The notes below the pieces were generated by a model. The model did not search any database. It had not been told where the DNA came from and saw only the letters and a list, made by a program, of their open reading frames with translations. DNA of 63,976 nt, the filler included, from Pseudomonadota bacterium (GTDB lineage Bacteria > Desulfobacterota > Desulfobacteria > Desulfobacterales > JBDRRP01): assembly GCA_043825735.1 (NCBI GenBank). It is 7 parts of 7 records of this genome, joined end to end, with 100 filler letters (N's around TTAATTAATTAA, not from the genome) between each part and the next. Parts side by side here need not be neighbours in the genome. Positions count along the whole stretch, not along the records: positions 1 to 26,520 come from JBDRRP010000094.1; 6 more parts are not named here. One strand, 5' to 3'. Positions 9,154 to 19,561 of this stretch are shown here, piece after piece. The first letter of the stretch is position 1. The number at the start of each line of letters is the position of its first letter. Made by a program: the position numbers and the translations under genes.

Positions 9154-10419
9154 TTATCCGTCCAGCTTGAACAGCTTGCGGGTCATGTCGAGCACCACGG
9201 ATTGGTCCCCGTGGCACCCCTCGCCTTTGAGCATGGTTGTCGGGTTATGCAGGATCTTGTTCACCAGTGAGGGAATCATCCGTTCCACGGACTGGCGCTG
9301 GGCATCATCGAGCCCGAGTCCCTGGATGGTTCGTGCAACCTCACCGGTCACGATGTCTGCAATGTGTTGGCGCAGCTCCTTGATGGTGGGCACCACGTCG
9401 AGTCCGCCCAGCCAGGTGCGAAACTTGATCACCGCCTCGTCGATGATACGCTCGCCCTTGATCGCTTCCCGCTGCCGGTCTTCTTTATTATCGTCAACGA
9501 TATCGTTGAGATCATCGATGTCGTAGACATAGGCGTTGTTAAGCCGGTTGATATCCGGGTCAATGTCCCTGGGAACGGCGATGTCGATAAAAAACACCGG
9601 TCGGTTGCGCCGGGAGCGCATGCTCGCCTTCACGTCTTTGCGCGTGACCACGTAGTCCGGGGAGCCGGTGGAGCTGATGACGATATCCATCGACGGCAGG
9701 GCGTCGCCAATTTCTTCGAACCGGATGGGGATGCCGCGGTGCTTGTCAGCCAGTGCCACTGCGCGGGCGAAGGTGCGGTTGGCGACGGTGAGGCCCGCCA
9801 CCCGGTGGCGGATGAGGTGTTCCACGGCCAGTTCGGCCATCTCGCCGGCTCCAATGAGCAGTGCCTGCTTGCCGTCCAGTTCGCCGAATATTTTTCGGGC
9901 CAGTTCGATGGCGGCATAGCTGATGGAAACGGCGTGGTCGCCGATGCCCGTTTCGGTCCGGATCCGTTTGGCAACAAAGAATGTCCGGTGCATGAGCCGA
10001 TTGAGGACGACCCCGGAAGTGCGCTGACGTGTTGCCAGAAGATAGGCCGCCTTGACTTGACCCAGGATCTGAGGCTCGCCCACCACCATGGAATCAAGGC
10101 TGGCGGCAACACGGAATATATGACGGACGGCGTCGTCGCCCACATGGGTATAGGTAATGTCCTCAACCTGTTCCGAAGGGATGCCTTTGGCCGTGGTCAA
10201 GAAATGCTTAATAGCGGCGCCGGCCGACTGCTGGTGGTCGGTGGTGACCAGAACCTCCACCCGGTTGCACGTGGACAGCAACACCACTTCGTCGATGTCC
10301 GGGTGGCTGTGAAGCGACTGGACGGCGTCGTGGCTTTCATCGGCGGAAAACGCCGCGCATTCGCGCAGCGCCACCGGTGCGGTTTTGTGGTTGAGACCGA
10401 TCAGTAGGATATCCCGCAT
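9154..10419 (-). CDS. hemA: Glutamyl-tRNA reductase
   Basis: STCNRVE, SLDSMVVGEPQILGQVK, GAGEMA, DIAVPRDI. Confidence 0.97.
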   Translation of the reverse strand: MRDILLIGLNHKTAPVALRECAAFSADESHDAVQSLHSHPDIDEVVLLSTCNRVEVLVTTDHQQSAGAAIKHFLTTAKGIPSEQVEDITYTHVGDDAVRHIFRVAASLDSMVVGEPQILGQVKAAYLLATRQRTSGVVLNRLMHRTFFVAKRIRTETGIGDHAVSISYAAIELARKIFGELDGKQALLIGAGEMAELAVEHLIRHRVAGLTVANRTFARAVALADKHRGIPIRFEEIGDALPSMDIVISSTGSPDYVVTRKDVKASMRSRRNRPVFFIDIAVPRDIDPDINRLNNAYVYDIDDLNDIVDDNKEDRQREAIKGERIIDEAVIKFRTWLGGLDVVPTIKELRQHIADIVTGEVARTIQGLGLDDAQRQSVERMIPSLVNKILHNPTTMLKGEGCHGDQSVVLDMTRKLFKLDG

Positions 10420-10439
10420 CGTCAGTGATCAGCGGCGCT

Positions 10440-11261
10440 TTAGCGCCGCGTGAATTCTCCATGGTGTCCTTCCAGAAGGAAGTTTACACCGAAAAAGGTG
10501 AACAAAATCAGTGCGAAACCGATTATAGCCATGATCGCTGCCCGGCGTCCCCGCCAGCCGATGGTGAGGCGCTGGTGGAGCAGCGCCGCATAGACGAGCC
10601 AGGTAATGCCCGACCAGACTTCCTTGGGGTCCCAGCTCCAGAACCGGCCCCAGACGGATTTGGCATAGATAAACCCGGTGATAAGCCCCACGGTGAGCAT
10701 GGTGAAGCCCACCACGATGGCGCCGTAGCCGGTGGAGTCCAAAAGGTCCAGCGACGGCAGTCGCTTGAAAAAGAACCCCCGCTGCTTGCTTTTGATGGCC
10801 GATTCCTGGAGCAGATAGAGGATGCCGACGCCGCAGGCCATCGCCAGGGCCGCCTCGCCGATGAATATGGCGATGATGTGAAACACCAGCCACGCACTGT
10901 TGAAGAGGGTTTTGACCGGCACCGGTTCCCGAGGCAGCTGGTAGGCCACCACCATTATCATGGCGCTCAGGGGCGCGGCATATACGCCGAGCACATTGAG
11001 GCGGTAGCGGGTGTGAAAGAAAATAAACACACCGGCAATGGCCCATGCCGCGATGGCCAGGGTTTCAAACAGGTTTTTCGCAGGAATGGTGCCATATCGG
11101 TAAAAACCGGCAGCCACCCACAGGCTATGGCAGGCGAACCCCGCCACCAGCAGGTATAGCCCCCATCGGTGAAAGGCTTTTCGCTGGGAAAACAAAAACG
11201 CGAAATAGGTGACCGTGCTGGCCAGATAACACAGGATCGTCAGGATGATCAGAGAGTCCAT
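10440..11261 (-). CDS. ccsA: Cytochrome c biogenesis protein CcsA/CcsB (HemX-like)
   Basis: Multiple TM helices, WGRFWSWDPKEVWS (WWD domain), conserved His residues. Confidence 0.9.
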   Translation of the reverse strand: MDSLIILTILCYLASTVTYFAFLFSQRKAFHRWGLYLLVAGFACHSLWVAAGFYRYGTIPAKNLFETLAIAAWAIAGVFIFFHTRYRLNVLGVYAAPLSAMIMVVAYQLPREPVPVKTLFNSAWLVFHIIAIFIGEAALAMACGVGILYLLQESAIKSKQRGFFFKRLPSLDLLDSTGYGAIVVGFTMLTVGLITGFIYAKSVWGRFWSWDPKEVWSGITWLVYAALLHQRLTIGWRGRRAAIMAIIGFALILFTFFGVNFLLEGHHGEFTRR

Positions 11262-11279
11262 GGCGTCCGCCGCATTGGT

Positions 11280-11951
11280 TTATCCGTCTGAGTTCATAAG
11301 GCTGCGATAGTTATACCCGTCACCAAGGATGTCAAGGAGAAGGGCGTCCACTCCGGTCGTGTCGCCATCGCGGATCATGTCCAGCAGTCCGCTGCTGATG
11401 AGGGCCTCGAAAAGCGGTTTATGCGCCTCGGGGGCGTGGTCCTCGGCCAGGAGCCGTTTTCGGACGGCCCCCATGAGATCGAGAAATGTTTCATACTCAG
11501 GGCCGAACTGGACGGCGAGCGTTTTTCGCAGGTGTTTGGCAAAAGCCGGACTGCGGCCGGCAGTGGAAATGGCCAGGGACAGATCTCCCCTGCGAATGAC
11601 CGCAGGCAGTATAAAATTGCAGATTTCCGGGCGGTCCGCGATGTTGCACAGCAGCCCGTGGGCGTTGGCGTCGGCATGCACCTGGCGGTTGAGCGGCTCG
11701 TCGTTGGTGGCGCCGATGACCAGAAAATGCCCGGTCACATCACCCGGGGCGAACCGACGCCGATGCCAGATAATGCGGCCGTCTGCGGCGATTGTCTTCA
11801 GGGTTTCAGTGGCTTCCGGGCTGATCAGGGTGACCCGGGCGCTGCAGTCCAGGAGCCCCTGCACCTTTCGGGTGCCGACCCCGCCGCCGCCCACTACCAG
11901 GCAGGAGCGATCGCGAATGTCAAGATTGACAGGGTAGTAACGGTTGGTCAT
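11280..11951 (-). CDS. sirC: Precorrin-2 dehydrogenase / sirohydrochlorin ferrochelatase (SirC/Met8p, CysG N-terminal type)
   Basis: YYPVNL, VVGGGGVGTRK, CNIADRPEICNFILPA, ISTAGRSPAFAK. Confidence 0.9.
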   Translation of the reverse strand: MTNRYYPVNLDIRDRSCLVVGGGGVGTRKVQGLLDCSARVTLISPEATETLKTIAADGRIIWHRRRFAPGDVTGHFLVIGATNDEPLNRQVHADANAHGLLCNIADRPEICNFILPAVIRRGDLSLAISTAGRSPAFAKHLRKTLAVQFGPEYETFLDLMGAVRKRLLAEDHAPEAHKPLFEALISSGLLDMIRDGDTTGVDALLLDILGDGYNYRSLMNSDG

Positions 11952-12000
11952 TTGGCGTCGGTCTCCAAAGTTATGACTTTTCCCTTTTCATTGAAGAAAA

Positions 12001-12216
12001 GGGTTCGAGGATTCAAGGGGCCAAGAGGTCAAGTAACGGCATTGCGCGATATTCAGTACTATTACAGCCGGCAGCCGATCCCCGCGGCATGTTAGGGGTG
12101 AAATCAAAACGGACACTCACTGCAGGTGGCCCTAAGTCTTTCGGTCCGCAGATGTATTTCGCTGTTTTCTTGGTTGTTTTTCACTCGAACCCTTGAACCC
12201 TTGAATCCTCGGACCC
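12001..12216. repeat. Intergenic imperfect inverted repeat built from 8-nt units (REP/MITE-like)
   Basis: GGGTTCGAGGATTCAAGGGGCCAAGAGGTCAAGTAA (12001-12036) pairs with TCACTCGAACCCTTGAACCCTTGAATCCTCGGACCC (12181-12216). Confidence 0.7.
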
Positions 12217-12256
12217 TTGGTCCCCCATTCATCGACCAACGTTTCGGAGATGATCT

Positions 12257-13075
12257 TCAATGCTGACCGCGGCTGCCGGTTTCATGCGGGTGGACCGTGA
12301 GCCGAAGCAGGTCGGTCGCCAGGGTCAACGGCCCCAGCCATGTCCGACGTGCATCGGCGGCAATATCCGCGCGTTCGCATTCCGGGTAAAAATGGGTCAG
12401 AACCAGGTGCCTGACACCCGCGCGGGTGGCCATGTGGCCGGCCTGGGCCGGTGTCAGATGGCCCGAACCCGTTTGACCGGGGGGGATGGCGGCCTCGCAG
12501 ATCATCATATCAGCGTTTTGTGCCAAGGACACAAGGCCGTCACAGGGCGCCGTGTCTCCGGAGTATACCACGGATCGGCCGGCGCTGTCGGTGATCCGAA
12601 TGGCCACGCTCTCCGGGTTATGGGCCACTGGGGCGGTTCTTATTTCAATTTCCCCGGTCTTCATTGGGGCACTGGGATCGGGCGGCCACTCCGTCAGTCT
12701 AAACAGGTCCTCATCCAGTCGGATCCAATGCCCGTAAAGCGCTTCCAGCCGCTGGAAAAAATCAGCCATGCCCTGGCCTCCGGCCAAGTGAAGGGGGCGT
12801 TGCCGCTGATGCTGTTCCGGGTACTTGCTGGCAAACAAAAAAGCGGCGAGTTCACCCGAGTGATCCGGGTGAAAGTGGCTGAGTAGGATGTGGTCGATCT
12901 GGTCGGGGAGGTGACCGGACTCCAGCAGGCGGCGCAGCGTTCCCGGGCCCAGATCCAGCAAAATGTGCTGCATGCCGGTCGATACCAGTATGGCACAGGC
13001 GCTTCGCACCAGTGACGGCACACACGTGCCCGAGCCCAGGATGATGATCTGCAAGGCGGCCGACTGCGGCGTCAT
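12257..13075 (-). CDS. Metallo-beta-lactamase fold hydrolase, RNase Z-like
   Basis: LGSGT, DLGPG, SHFHPDH (HxHxDH), YSGDT, HLT, LTHFYP. Start moved to ATG 13075, overlapping the upstream stop. Confidence 0.88.
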   Translation of the reverse strand: MTPQSAALQIIILGSGTCVPSLVRSACAILVSTGMQHILLDLGPGTLRRLLESGHLPDQIDHILLSHFHPDHSGELAAFLFASKYPEQHQRQRPLHLAGGQGMADFFQRLEALYGHWIRLDEDLFRLTEWPPDPSAPMKTGEIEIRTAPVAHNPESVAIRITDSAGRSVVYSGDTAPCDGLVSLAQNADMMICEAAIPPGQTGSGHLTPAQAGHMATRAGVRHLVLTHFYPECERADIAADARRTWLGPLTLATDLLRLTVHPHETGSRGQH

Positions 13076-14118
13076 CCCGTGGGTTCCTTGCCGTCTTTTG
13101 CTTCTTTGACCTCTTTCACCTCCTTGGGTTTTGGCCGGGCCAAGCTGCGTTCGATCTGGCGCATGACCCACAGGCCCACTTTGGTGGGGTCCTGGCAGTC
13201 GATGCGCTGGGGCACTTCGCTCAAGGGGATTTCCGCGCGGGCCATGCTTTTATGCCCCCCCGCGGAGCCGAATTGGCCGAAACTGTCCCGGGCCAGCTTG
13301 CCGGCGTTTTTGCGGATACCGTCGTTTCGAAAGACGATGATGAGTTTGCGCTCGTAGCGGCCGGACACGACGCTCCAGCTCACCGTGTTGACGCGCATGA
13401 AATAATCGGCGATGAGCACCAGGACATCGGGGCTGGGGACGTTGCCGATGTGGGCGAATACCTTGTTTTTTCTCCGGCGCATCCGTTCCAGGGCAATTCG
13501 GAAACTCTTGAGAAATTCAAGCTTAAGCTCTGACTGCTCGATCTTTCGCACCATGTGGGTGTTGGCATGGCGGAACATGAACTGGAAAGCGCGGATGTCT
13601 TCGATGAGCGCTTCTCGCTCGAAATTGCTCGTGTCGGTTTTGATGGCGTAGATCAGGGCTGTGGCAAGTTTGGCTGACGGCTTGATGCGGGCCGCCAGCA
13701 GGTATTCGGTCATCATGCTGGCCGTTGCGCCGTATTTGGGCCGGATATCGGTGAAGGCGGCCTTGGGCTGGGTATCCGGGTGATGGTCGATGATGATATG
13801 GAAGGGCACGCCGGCAAAGCGTTCATGGTGGCTGGGCTGTGAGTCCACCAGGACAAATCGGGAAAACCGGGACATGTTCACCTCGCCGATGTGAACGAGC
13901 CTCACGCCGGTGAGACGGATCATGGCGAGGTTGTCCGGGCGTTCGATGACGTTCACTCGGGTGATGGTCACACCGGCCACGCGCCGCCACAGGAGCCGTT
14001 TGATGGCCATGGCGCTGGCGATGGCATCCGGGTCGGCATTGATGAGGATCAGTACCTGCTCGTCACCGGAAAACTGGGCGTAGAAAGCCTTCAGCCGTTC
14101 TTTTGCAGAAATGATCAT
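13072..14118 (-). CDS. DHH/DHHA1 family phosphoesterase
   Basis: ADPDAIAS, LVDSQ, IIDHH, KTDT, AGGHKSMARA. Start set at ATG 14118 after AGGAGA. Confidence 0.9.
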   Translation of the reverse strand: MIISAKERLKAFYAQFSGDEQVLILINADPDAIASAMAIKRLLWRRVAGVTITRVNVIERPDNLAMIRLTGVRLVHIGEVNMSRFSRFVLVDSQPSHHERFAGVPFHIIIDHHPDTQPKAAFTDIRPKYGATASMMTEYLLAARIKPSAKLATALIYAIKTDTSNFEREALIEDIRAFQFMFRHANTHMVRKIEQSELKLEFLKSFRIALERMRRRKNKVFAHIGNVPSPDVLVLIADYFMRVNTVSWSVVSGRYERKLIIVFRNDGIRKNAGKLARDSFGQFGSAGGHKSMARAEIPLSEVPQRIDCQDPTKVGLWVMRQIERSLARPKPKEVKEVKEAKDGKEPTG

Positions 14119-14387
14119 TTCTCTCCTGCGGTTGCTTGCCGCAAACGCGGCGATCTTACGATAGACATCTACCAGATTACAATAGGGCTGATCAACCTCC
14201 GGTTCCGGCACCTGACGGAATATAGCTGCGGCCTGAATGACGTCCTTGGCCCTAGCGGCGGCGAGATAAGGTGCAAGTGGATTAAAATATTAAATGATAT
14301 TTATCGGTTAAAGTTGGTTGACGGGGCCCGGTGATTTGATAAATAGCGCACTAACAAAAACATGCCCTAAATAGGTATGATAAACTC

Positions 14388-14553
14388 GTGTCCATCCAGA
14401 AACGGCATCTTTTGGCCCAGAGCGGCGTTTTCGCAGGCGATTCCTCCGGTTTCGAAAATGCTCAAGCCTTGCTCTGAACCACACGGTTTTCTCCTGACGC
14501 CCAGCGCGCAGCGCAGGGTGTCCAAGGAAAATCTACCATTTCTGGACGGACAC
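14388..14553. repeat. Intergenic element with 20-bp terminal inverted repeats (MITE-like)
   Basis: GTGTCCATCCAGAAACGGCA (14388-14407) versus TACCATTTCTGGACGGACAC (14534-14553), 3 mismatches. Confidence 0.65.
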
Positions 14554-14577
14554 AAACAACCAGCGGGAGTATTCATT

Positions 14578-15882
14578 ATGGAAGGTGTCGTCCTTCCCAT
14601 TGTCGTTTTTGTCGCCGTCTATGTCGCCATCACCTTTGAGATCGTCAACAAGGCCGTGGCCTCCATGCTCGGCGTCATGGTCCTGCTGGCGCTTCACGTC
14701 ATCGACGAGCATCATGCGGTGGGCCTCATCGATTCCGAGACCATCATGTTGCTGCTGGGCATGATGAGCATCGTCGTTATCCTCAGAAAGTCCGGTGTTT
14801 TCACGCTTCTGAGCGTCAAGATCGCCGAGCTTACCAAGGGCAGCCCCCTGAAAATCCTCATCCTCTTTTCGGTGGTGACCGCCACCATGTCGGCATTTCT
14901 GGACAACGTCACCACGGTGCTGATCATCATCCCCATCATCGTCGAGCTCACCGCCGGGATGGGGCTCAACCCCCGGCTCTTCGTGATCAGCCAGGCGGTC
15001 ATCTCCAATATCGGCGGAACGGCGACCCTCATCGGCGATCCGCCCAATATCATCATCGGCTCCAAGGTGGGCCTCACCTTCAACCAGTTTGCGGCCAACC
15101 TGTTTTTGCCGGTATCACTGTCGCTGGTACTGGCTCTGGTATTTGTCTGGGCCGCCAACCGGGAGGCCTTTCGTCCGGTGAATGCCAGCCTCACCAAGCT
15201 GTTTTCCATCCAGCTGCTCCTGGAACGGATCCGCCTGGATTTTCTCAACACCCCCATCGATCCAACCCTGCTGGTAAAGAGTCTCGTCTGCCTGACGCTG
15301 GCCATTGGGCTTTTCGTCACCCAGACCATCACCAAGCTCTCCCCCGGCGTGGTGGCCATGCTGGTGGCCATGTTTCTTTTCGCAATTTCCCGGGTGGACG
15401 TGGAGCACATGCTGGAGGAGATCGAGTGGAGCACCCTGCTTTTTTTCGCGGGGCTCTTCATCCTGGTGGGCATCCTGGAAGAAAAGGGCGTCATCGAGTG
15501 GGTCGCCCACCACGTATTTCTCAAGGTTGGCGACAACCCCTACGTCATCGTGCTCACCGTACTGTGGGTCTCGGGCATCGTCTCGGGGTTTTTGGACAAC
15601 ATTCCCTTCACCATCACCATGATCCCGGTGGTGCGGCTCATGATGGAAACCACGCCCGTGCCCCACAACCTTCTATGGTGGGCGCTGGCCCTGGGGGCGT
15701 GTTTCGGCGGCAACCTCACCATGATCGGCGCTTCGGCCAACATCGTGAGCGTTGGCATGGCCAAGCAGTCGGGGGTGAACATCAGTTTTCTGGATTTCAT
15801 GAAGACCAGCGCGGCCATCACCCTGATTACCCTGGTGGTGGCCTCCGGCTATCTTACCCTTTACTTGTGGTTGACGCTATGA
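14578..15882 (+). CDS. ArsB/NhaD (IT superfamily) transporter
   Basis: SAFLDNVTT, SNIGGTATLIGDPPNIIIG, SGFLDNIP, GACFGGNLTMIGASAN; many TM helices. Start set at ATG 14578 after GGGAG. Confidence 0.9.
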   Translation: MEGVVLPIVVFVAVYVAITFEIVNKAVASMLGVMVLLALHVIDEHHAVGLIDSETIMLLLGMMSIVVILRKSGVFTLLSVKIAELTKGSPLKILILFSVVTATMSAFLDNVTTVLIIIPIIVELTAGMGLNPRLFVISQAVISNIGGTATLIGDPPNIIIGSKVGLTFNQFAANLFLPVSLSLVLALVFVWAANREAFRPVNASLTKLFSIQLLLERIRLDFLNTPIDPTLLVKSLVCLTLAIGLFVTQTITKLSPGVVAMLVAMFLFAISRVDVEHMLEEIEWSTLLFFAGLFILVGILEEKGVIEWVAHHVFLKVGDNPYVIVLTVLWVSGIVSGFLDNIPFTITMIPVVRLMMETTPVPHNLLWWALALGACFGGNLTMIGASANIVSVGMAKQSGVNISFLDFMKTSAAITLITLVVASGYLTLYLWLTL

Positions 15883-16766
15883 ATCCGATCGAAAAGGAAA
15901 ATCTCGACCGACTGTTTCGGTACCACGGCAACGTCATCGGGGCGGCGCGCACCACCGTGATGGCCCTCACATCTCTGATGAACGCCATCGGGCAACTGGA
16001 CTGTGAAAAGGAAAACATCATGGAGCGCTACGGGGAGCTGGCCGAGGCCATCCGGACCACCCAGCCCCGTATCATCCCTCTGATTCACATGCTGGAGCAG
16101 TTCGAAGCGGAGATTAGGCCCTTCCTGGACGTCGAGGTGGAGGTCCTTCGCGACGCGGCCATCAAGATTTTGAAAAAAAAGGTAACCCTTTACCAATCCC
16201 GGGTGGAGCGGGTGGCGCGCCACGGAATTCACCATGTGGAAGACGGCGACGGCATCATCGTGCATTCGGCCAGCTCGGTGGTGACCAATATTTTGATCCA
16301 GGCCAAACAGGTCATGCTCAGGGATTTTTCGGTCATCGTGCTCCAGCTCGATCCGGTACGCACCCCCCAGGTGGCCCATTCCCTCGCTCAGGCGGAGATT
16401 CCGCACATGGTCATCCCGGCCTTCAACCTGTGCCACTATGTGGGGCAAGCCAACAAGATCCTTCTGGGGGCAGTGAGCATCACCCGGGACTTGAAGGTCG
16501 TGGCCCCCGTGGGCACCAGCTCGACCTTAAGTCTGTGCCGGTTCAAAAACATCAGAAGCTACCTTTTTGCCAACTCCTTTCATTTTTCCCATGGGCTCAG
16601 CGACGCCCAGCGGATTCACCGCGAGGAGACCGATGTGGCATCTTCCCGCTCGACCTACCAGCTCACCACCCACTCCCACGATCTGGTAGATATGGACCTC
16701 ATTGACGTGGTGGTGGATGAGGATGGCATCGTGGACGCCGAGCGTATGAAGGCCTTCACCGGATAA
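15879..16766 (+). CDS. eIF-2B alpha/beta/delta-like (ribose-1,5-bisphosphate isomerase-like) protein, degenerate active site
   Basis: ATGA overlap with the transporter stop. Helical N-domain plus Rossmann-like domain (DGDGIIVHSASSVV...ILLGAVSI...APVGT...DLIDVVVDEDG). Confidence 0.75.
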   Translation: MNPIEKENLDRLFRYHGNVIGAARTTVMALTSLMNAIGQLDCEKENIMERYGELAEAIRTTQPRIIPLIHMLEQFEAEIRPFLDVEVEVLRDAAIKILKKKVTLYQSRVERVARHGIHHVEDGDGIIVHSASSVVTNILIQAKQVMLRDFSVIVLQLDPVRTPQVAHSLAQAEIPHMVIPAFNLCHYVGQANKILLGAVSITRDLKVVAPVGTSSTLSLCRFKNIRSYLFANSFHFSHGLSDAQRIHREETDVASSRSTYQLTTHSHDLVDMDLIDVVVDEDGIVDAERMKAFTG

Positions 16767-16777
16767 AACTCCCATGA

Positions 16778-19366
16778 CTACCATTCGGTTTTAAAAACCA
16801 TTTCGTTGCCATGGGCATCCACGTGGATGGTTGCGCCAGGAGCGATGCTTCCCTTCAGGATCTCCATGGATAGCGGGTTTTCGATGGTCTGCTGGATGGC
16901 CCGCTTCAGGGGGCGCGCCCCGTAGACCGGATCGTAGCCTTTTTTTGCCAGCAGGCTGCGGGCCGCGTCGGTGAGTGCCAGGCTCATCTGCATCTTGGAC
17001 AGGCGATGCCGAAGATCCGCCAGCTGGATATCCACGATGGCGCCGATCTGCTCCGGGGCCAGGCTGTGGAAGATGATGGTTTCGTCGATCCGGTTGAGAA
17101 ACTCCGGCTTGAACGTGCCGCGCAGGGCCGCCATGACCCGCCGCGCCATTTCTTCCCGGCTGCCGCCGCCCAGTTCCTGAATCCACTGGCTGCCCACATT
17201 GGAGGTCATGATGATGATGGTGTTGGTGAAATCAACGGTCCGGCCCTTACCGTCGGTCATGCGTCCGTCGTCAAGGATCTGCAGCAGGACGTTGAACACC
17301 TCGGGGTGGGCTTTTTCGATTTCATCAAAGAGCACTACGCTGTAAGGGCGCCGCCTGACAGCCTCGGTGAGGTAGCCGCCCTCCTCATATCCCACATAGC
17401 CCGGAGGGGCGCCGATGAGACGGGCCACGGCATGCTTTTCCATGTATTCGCTCATGTCGATGCGCACCATGGCCGACTCGCTGTCGAAGATGAACACCGC
17501 CAGAGCCTTGGCCAGCTCGGTTTTACCCACCCCGGTGGGACCCATGAAAATGAAGCTGCCGATGGGCCGGTGAGGGTCCTGGATGCCCGAGCGGGCACGG
17601 CGCACCGCATTGGAGACGGCAACGATGGCGTCTTCCTGGCCCACGACCCGCTGGCGCAGCCGGTCCTCCATTTTGACCAGTTTTTCACGCTCGCCTTCCA
17701 GCATTTTGCTGACCGGTATGCCGGTCCACCGGGAAACCACTTCGGCGATGTCCTCGTCGTCGACTTCTTCCTTGAGCATTTTTCGCGTTGTCTGCAGATC
17801 GGCGAGCTTGGCGTTGACGGTTTCCAGCTGCCGCTGCAGGTCGCCGGCCCGGCCGTAGCGAAGCTCCGCCACCCGTTCCAGGTTGCCGGCACGTTCTGCC
17901 TGCTGGGCCTCAACCCCGATCTGCTCGATGGATTCCTTTATGGAACGAATCGTCTGGATCAGTTCCTTTTCACGCTGCCAGTGCGCCTTCATCCCGGTGA
18001 GTTCCTCGTTCATCGCGGCCAGTTCCCGTTCGAGCGTTGCCAGCCGCTCCCGGGCGGCGGCGTCTTTTTCCTTTTTCAGCGCCTGGCGTTCGATTTCCGC
18101 CTGGGTGACCCGGCGATGAATCTCATCGATTTCAGTGGGCATGCTGTCGATCTCGATCCTCAGCTTGGAAGCGCTTTCATCCACCAGGTCGTTGGCTTTG
18201 TCCGGCAGGAAGCGGTCGGTGATATAGCGATCGCTCAGCGTGGCGGCCGCCACGATGGCCCCGTCGGTGATCCTCACGCCGTGGTGCACCTCGTATTTCT
18301 CCTTGAGTCCGCGCAGGATGGAAATGGTGTCGGCCACGCTGGGCTCCTTGACCAGCACCGGCTGGAAACGGCGCTCCAGAGCCGAGTCTTTTTCAATGTA
18401 TTTTCGGTATTCGTTGAGGGTTGTGGCGCCGATGCACCGCAGGGTGCCCCGGGCCAGGGCCGGTTTGAGCATGTTGGAGGCGTCCATGGCGCCCTCGGCA
18501 GCGCCGGCGCCCACCAGGGTGTGCAGCTCGTCGATAAAAAGAATCACCTCGCCTTCGGCCGACTCCACCTCTTTGAGCAGGGCCTTGAGCCGGTCCTCGA
18601 ATTCACCGCGGTATTTGGCGCCGGCCACCATGGCTCCTAAATCCATGGCCACGAGCCGCCGGTTTTTCAAGGATTCCGATACGTCGCCTTCCACGATGCG
18701 CTGGGCCAGGCCCTCGGCGATGGCCGTTTTACCCACACCCGGCTCGCCAATGAGTACAGGATTGTTTTTGGTCCGCCGGGAAAGCACCTGGACGATGCGC
18801 CGAATTTCCTCGTCACGACCGATGACCGGATCGATTTTTCCCCGACGCGCCAAGGCCGTGAGATCTCGCGTGAATTTTTCCAGGGCCTGGTATTTTTCCT
18901 CCGGGTTGGGATCGGTGATGCGCTGGTTGCCGCGGATTTCCATGAGAACCTTGAGGATGGCTTCGCGGTTGATGCCGCTGCGCCTGAGCACGGCCGCCGC
19001 CTCCCCGCCCTTTTCATCGGCGATGGCCAATAAAAGGTGCTCGATACTCACATACTCGTCCTTCATCTGCGCGGCTTCGGTGAACGCGGCGTTGAGCACG
19101 TTTCGCGCTCGGGTGGACAGATAGGCCTCGCCGGCGCCACCGCTCACTTTGGGCAGACGATCGATGGCCCGGGTAACGGTGTTGACAACGGCTCCGGGAG
19201 AGGCGCCCAGTTTGCGCATCATGGCCCCGGCGACCCCATCCTTTTCTTTGAGCATGGCGCTCAGCAGATGCTCGGGCTCGATCTGCTGATTGCCCATCCA
19301 GCTGGCCAGCGATTGCGCTTCTTGTATAAGCTCCTGAGATTTCACGGTAAATTTATCAAACCGCAT
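16778..19366 (-). CDS. clpB: ATP-dependent chaperone ClpB
   Basis: 862 aa, two AAA+ modules ([16 protein letters not shown]), coiled-coil M domain, GARPLKR. Confidence 0.97.
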   Translation of the reverse strand: MRFDKFTVKSQELIQEAQSLASWMGNQQIEPEHLLSAMLKEKDGVAGAMMRKLGASPGAVVNTVTRAIDRLPKVSGGAGEAYLSTRARNVLNAAFTEAAQMKDEYVSIEHLLLAIADEKGGEAAAVLRRSGINREAILKVLMEIRGNQRITDPNPEEKYQALEKFTRDLTALARRGKIDPVIGRDEEIRRIVQVLSRRTKNNPVLIGEPGVGKTAIAEGLAQRIVEGDVSESLKNRRLVAMDLGAMVAGAKYRGEFEDRLKALLKEVESAEGEVILFIDELHTLVGAGAAEGAMDASNMLKPALARGTLRCIGATTLNEYRKYIEKDSALERRFQPVLVKEPSVADTISILRGLKEKYEVHHGVRITDGAIVAAATLSDRYITDRFLPDKANDLVDESASKLRIEIDSMPTEIDEIHRRVTQAEIERQALKKEKDAAARERLATLERELAAMNEELTGMKAHWQREKELIQTIRSIKESIEQIGVEAQQAERAGNLERVAELRYGRAGDLQRQLETVNAKLADLQTTRKMLKEEVDDEDIAEVVSRWTGIPVSKMLEGEREKLVKMEDRLRQRVVGQEDAIVAVSNAVRRARSGIQDPHRPIGSFIFMGPTGVGKTELAKALAVFIFDSESAMVRIDMSEYMEKHAVARLIGAPPGYVGYEEGGYLTEAVRRRPYSVVLFDEIEKAHPEVFNVLLQILDDGRMTDGKGRTVDFTNTIIIMTSNVGSQWIQELGGGSREEMARRVMAALRGTFKPEFLNRIDETIIFHSLAPEQIGAIVDIQLADLRHRLSKMQMSLALTDAARSLLAKKGYDPVYGARPLKRAIQQTIENPLSMEILKGSIAPGATIHVDAHGNEMVFKTEW

Positions 19367-19444
19367 ATACTCCTCCTAAACAGGTGTGGATTTGGGTCCA
19401 ATTATTGCATATAAACCTAACCACACACCGTTCAAAGTCAATTT

Positions 19445-19561
19445 CTATCCGAAATCATTACCGTAATTTCCATATTGAGAATTGTGGGCGGTGCGCCGAA
19501 GGGGCCGCTTGGATCGGGCTTTGAGTTTAGAGCTATTGACATAAATACGTTCCGTTTGCAC
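19445..19561 (-). CDS. Putative 38-aa small protein upstream of clpB
   Basis: AGGAGG then GTG; MQTERIYVNSSKLKARSKRPLRRTAHNSQYGNYGNDFG then TAG. Below the ORF-track length cutoff. Confidence 0.4.
   Translation of the reverse strand: MQTERIYVNSSKLKARSKRPLRRTAHNSQYGNYGNDFG

Noticed and set aside
4976..11951. Heme, fatty-acid and RNase III gene run as a novel pathway
   Set aside because: Ordinary housekeeping genes; the sirC-ccsA-hemA order is familiar in deltaproteobacteria.
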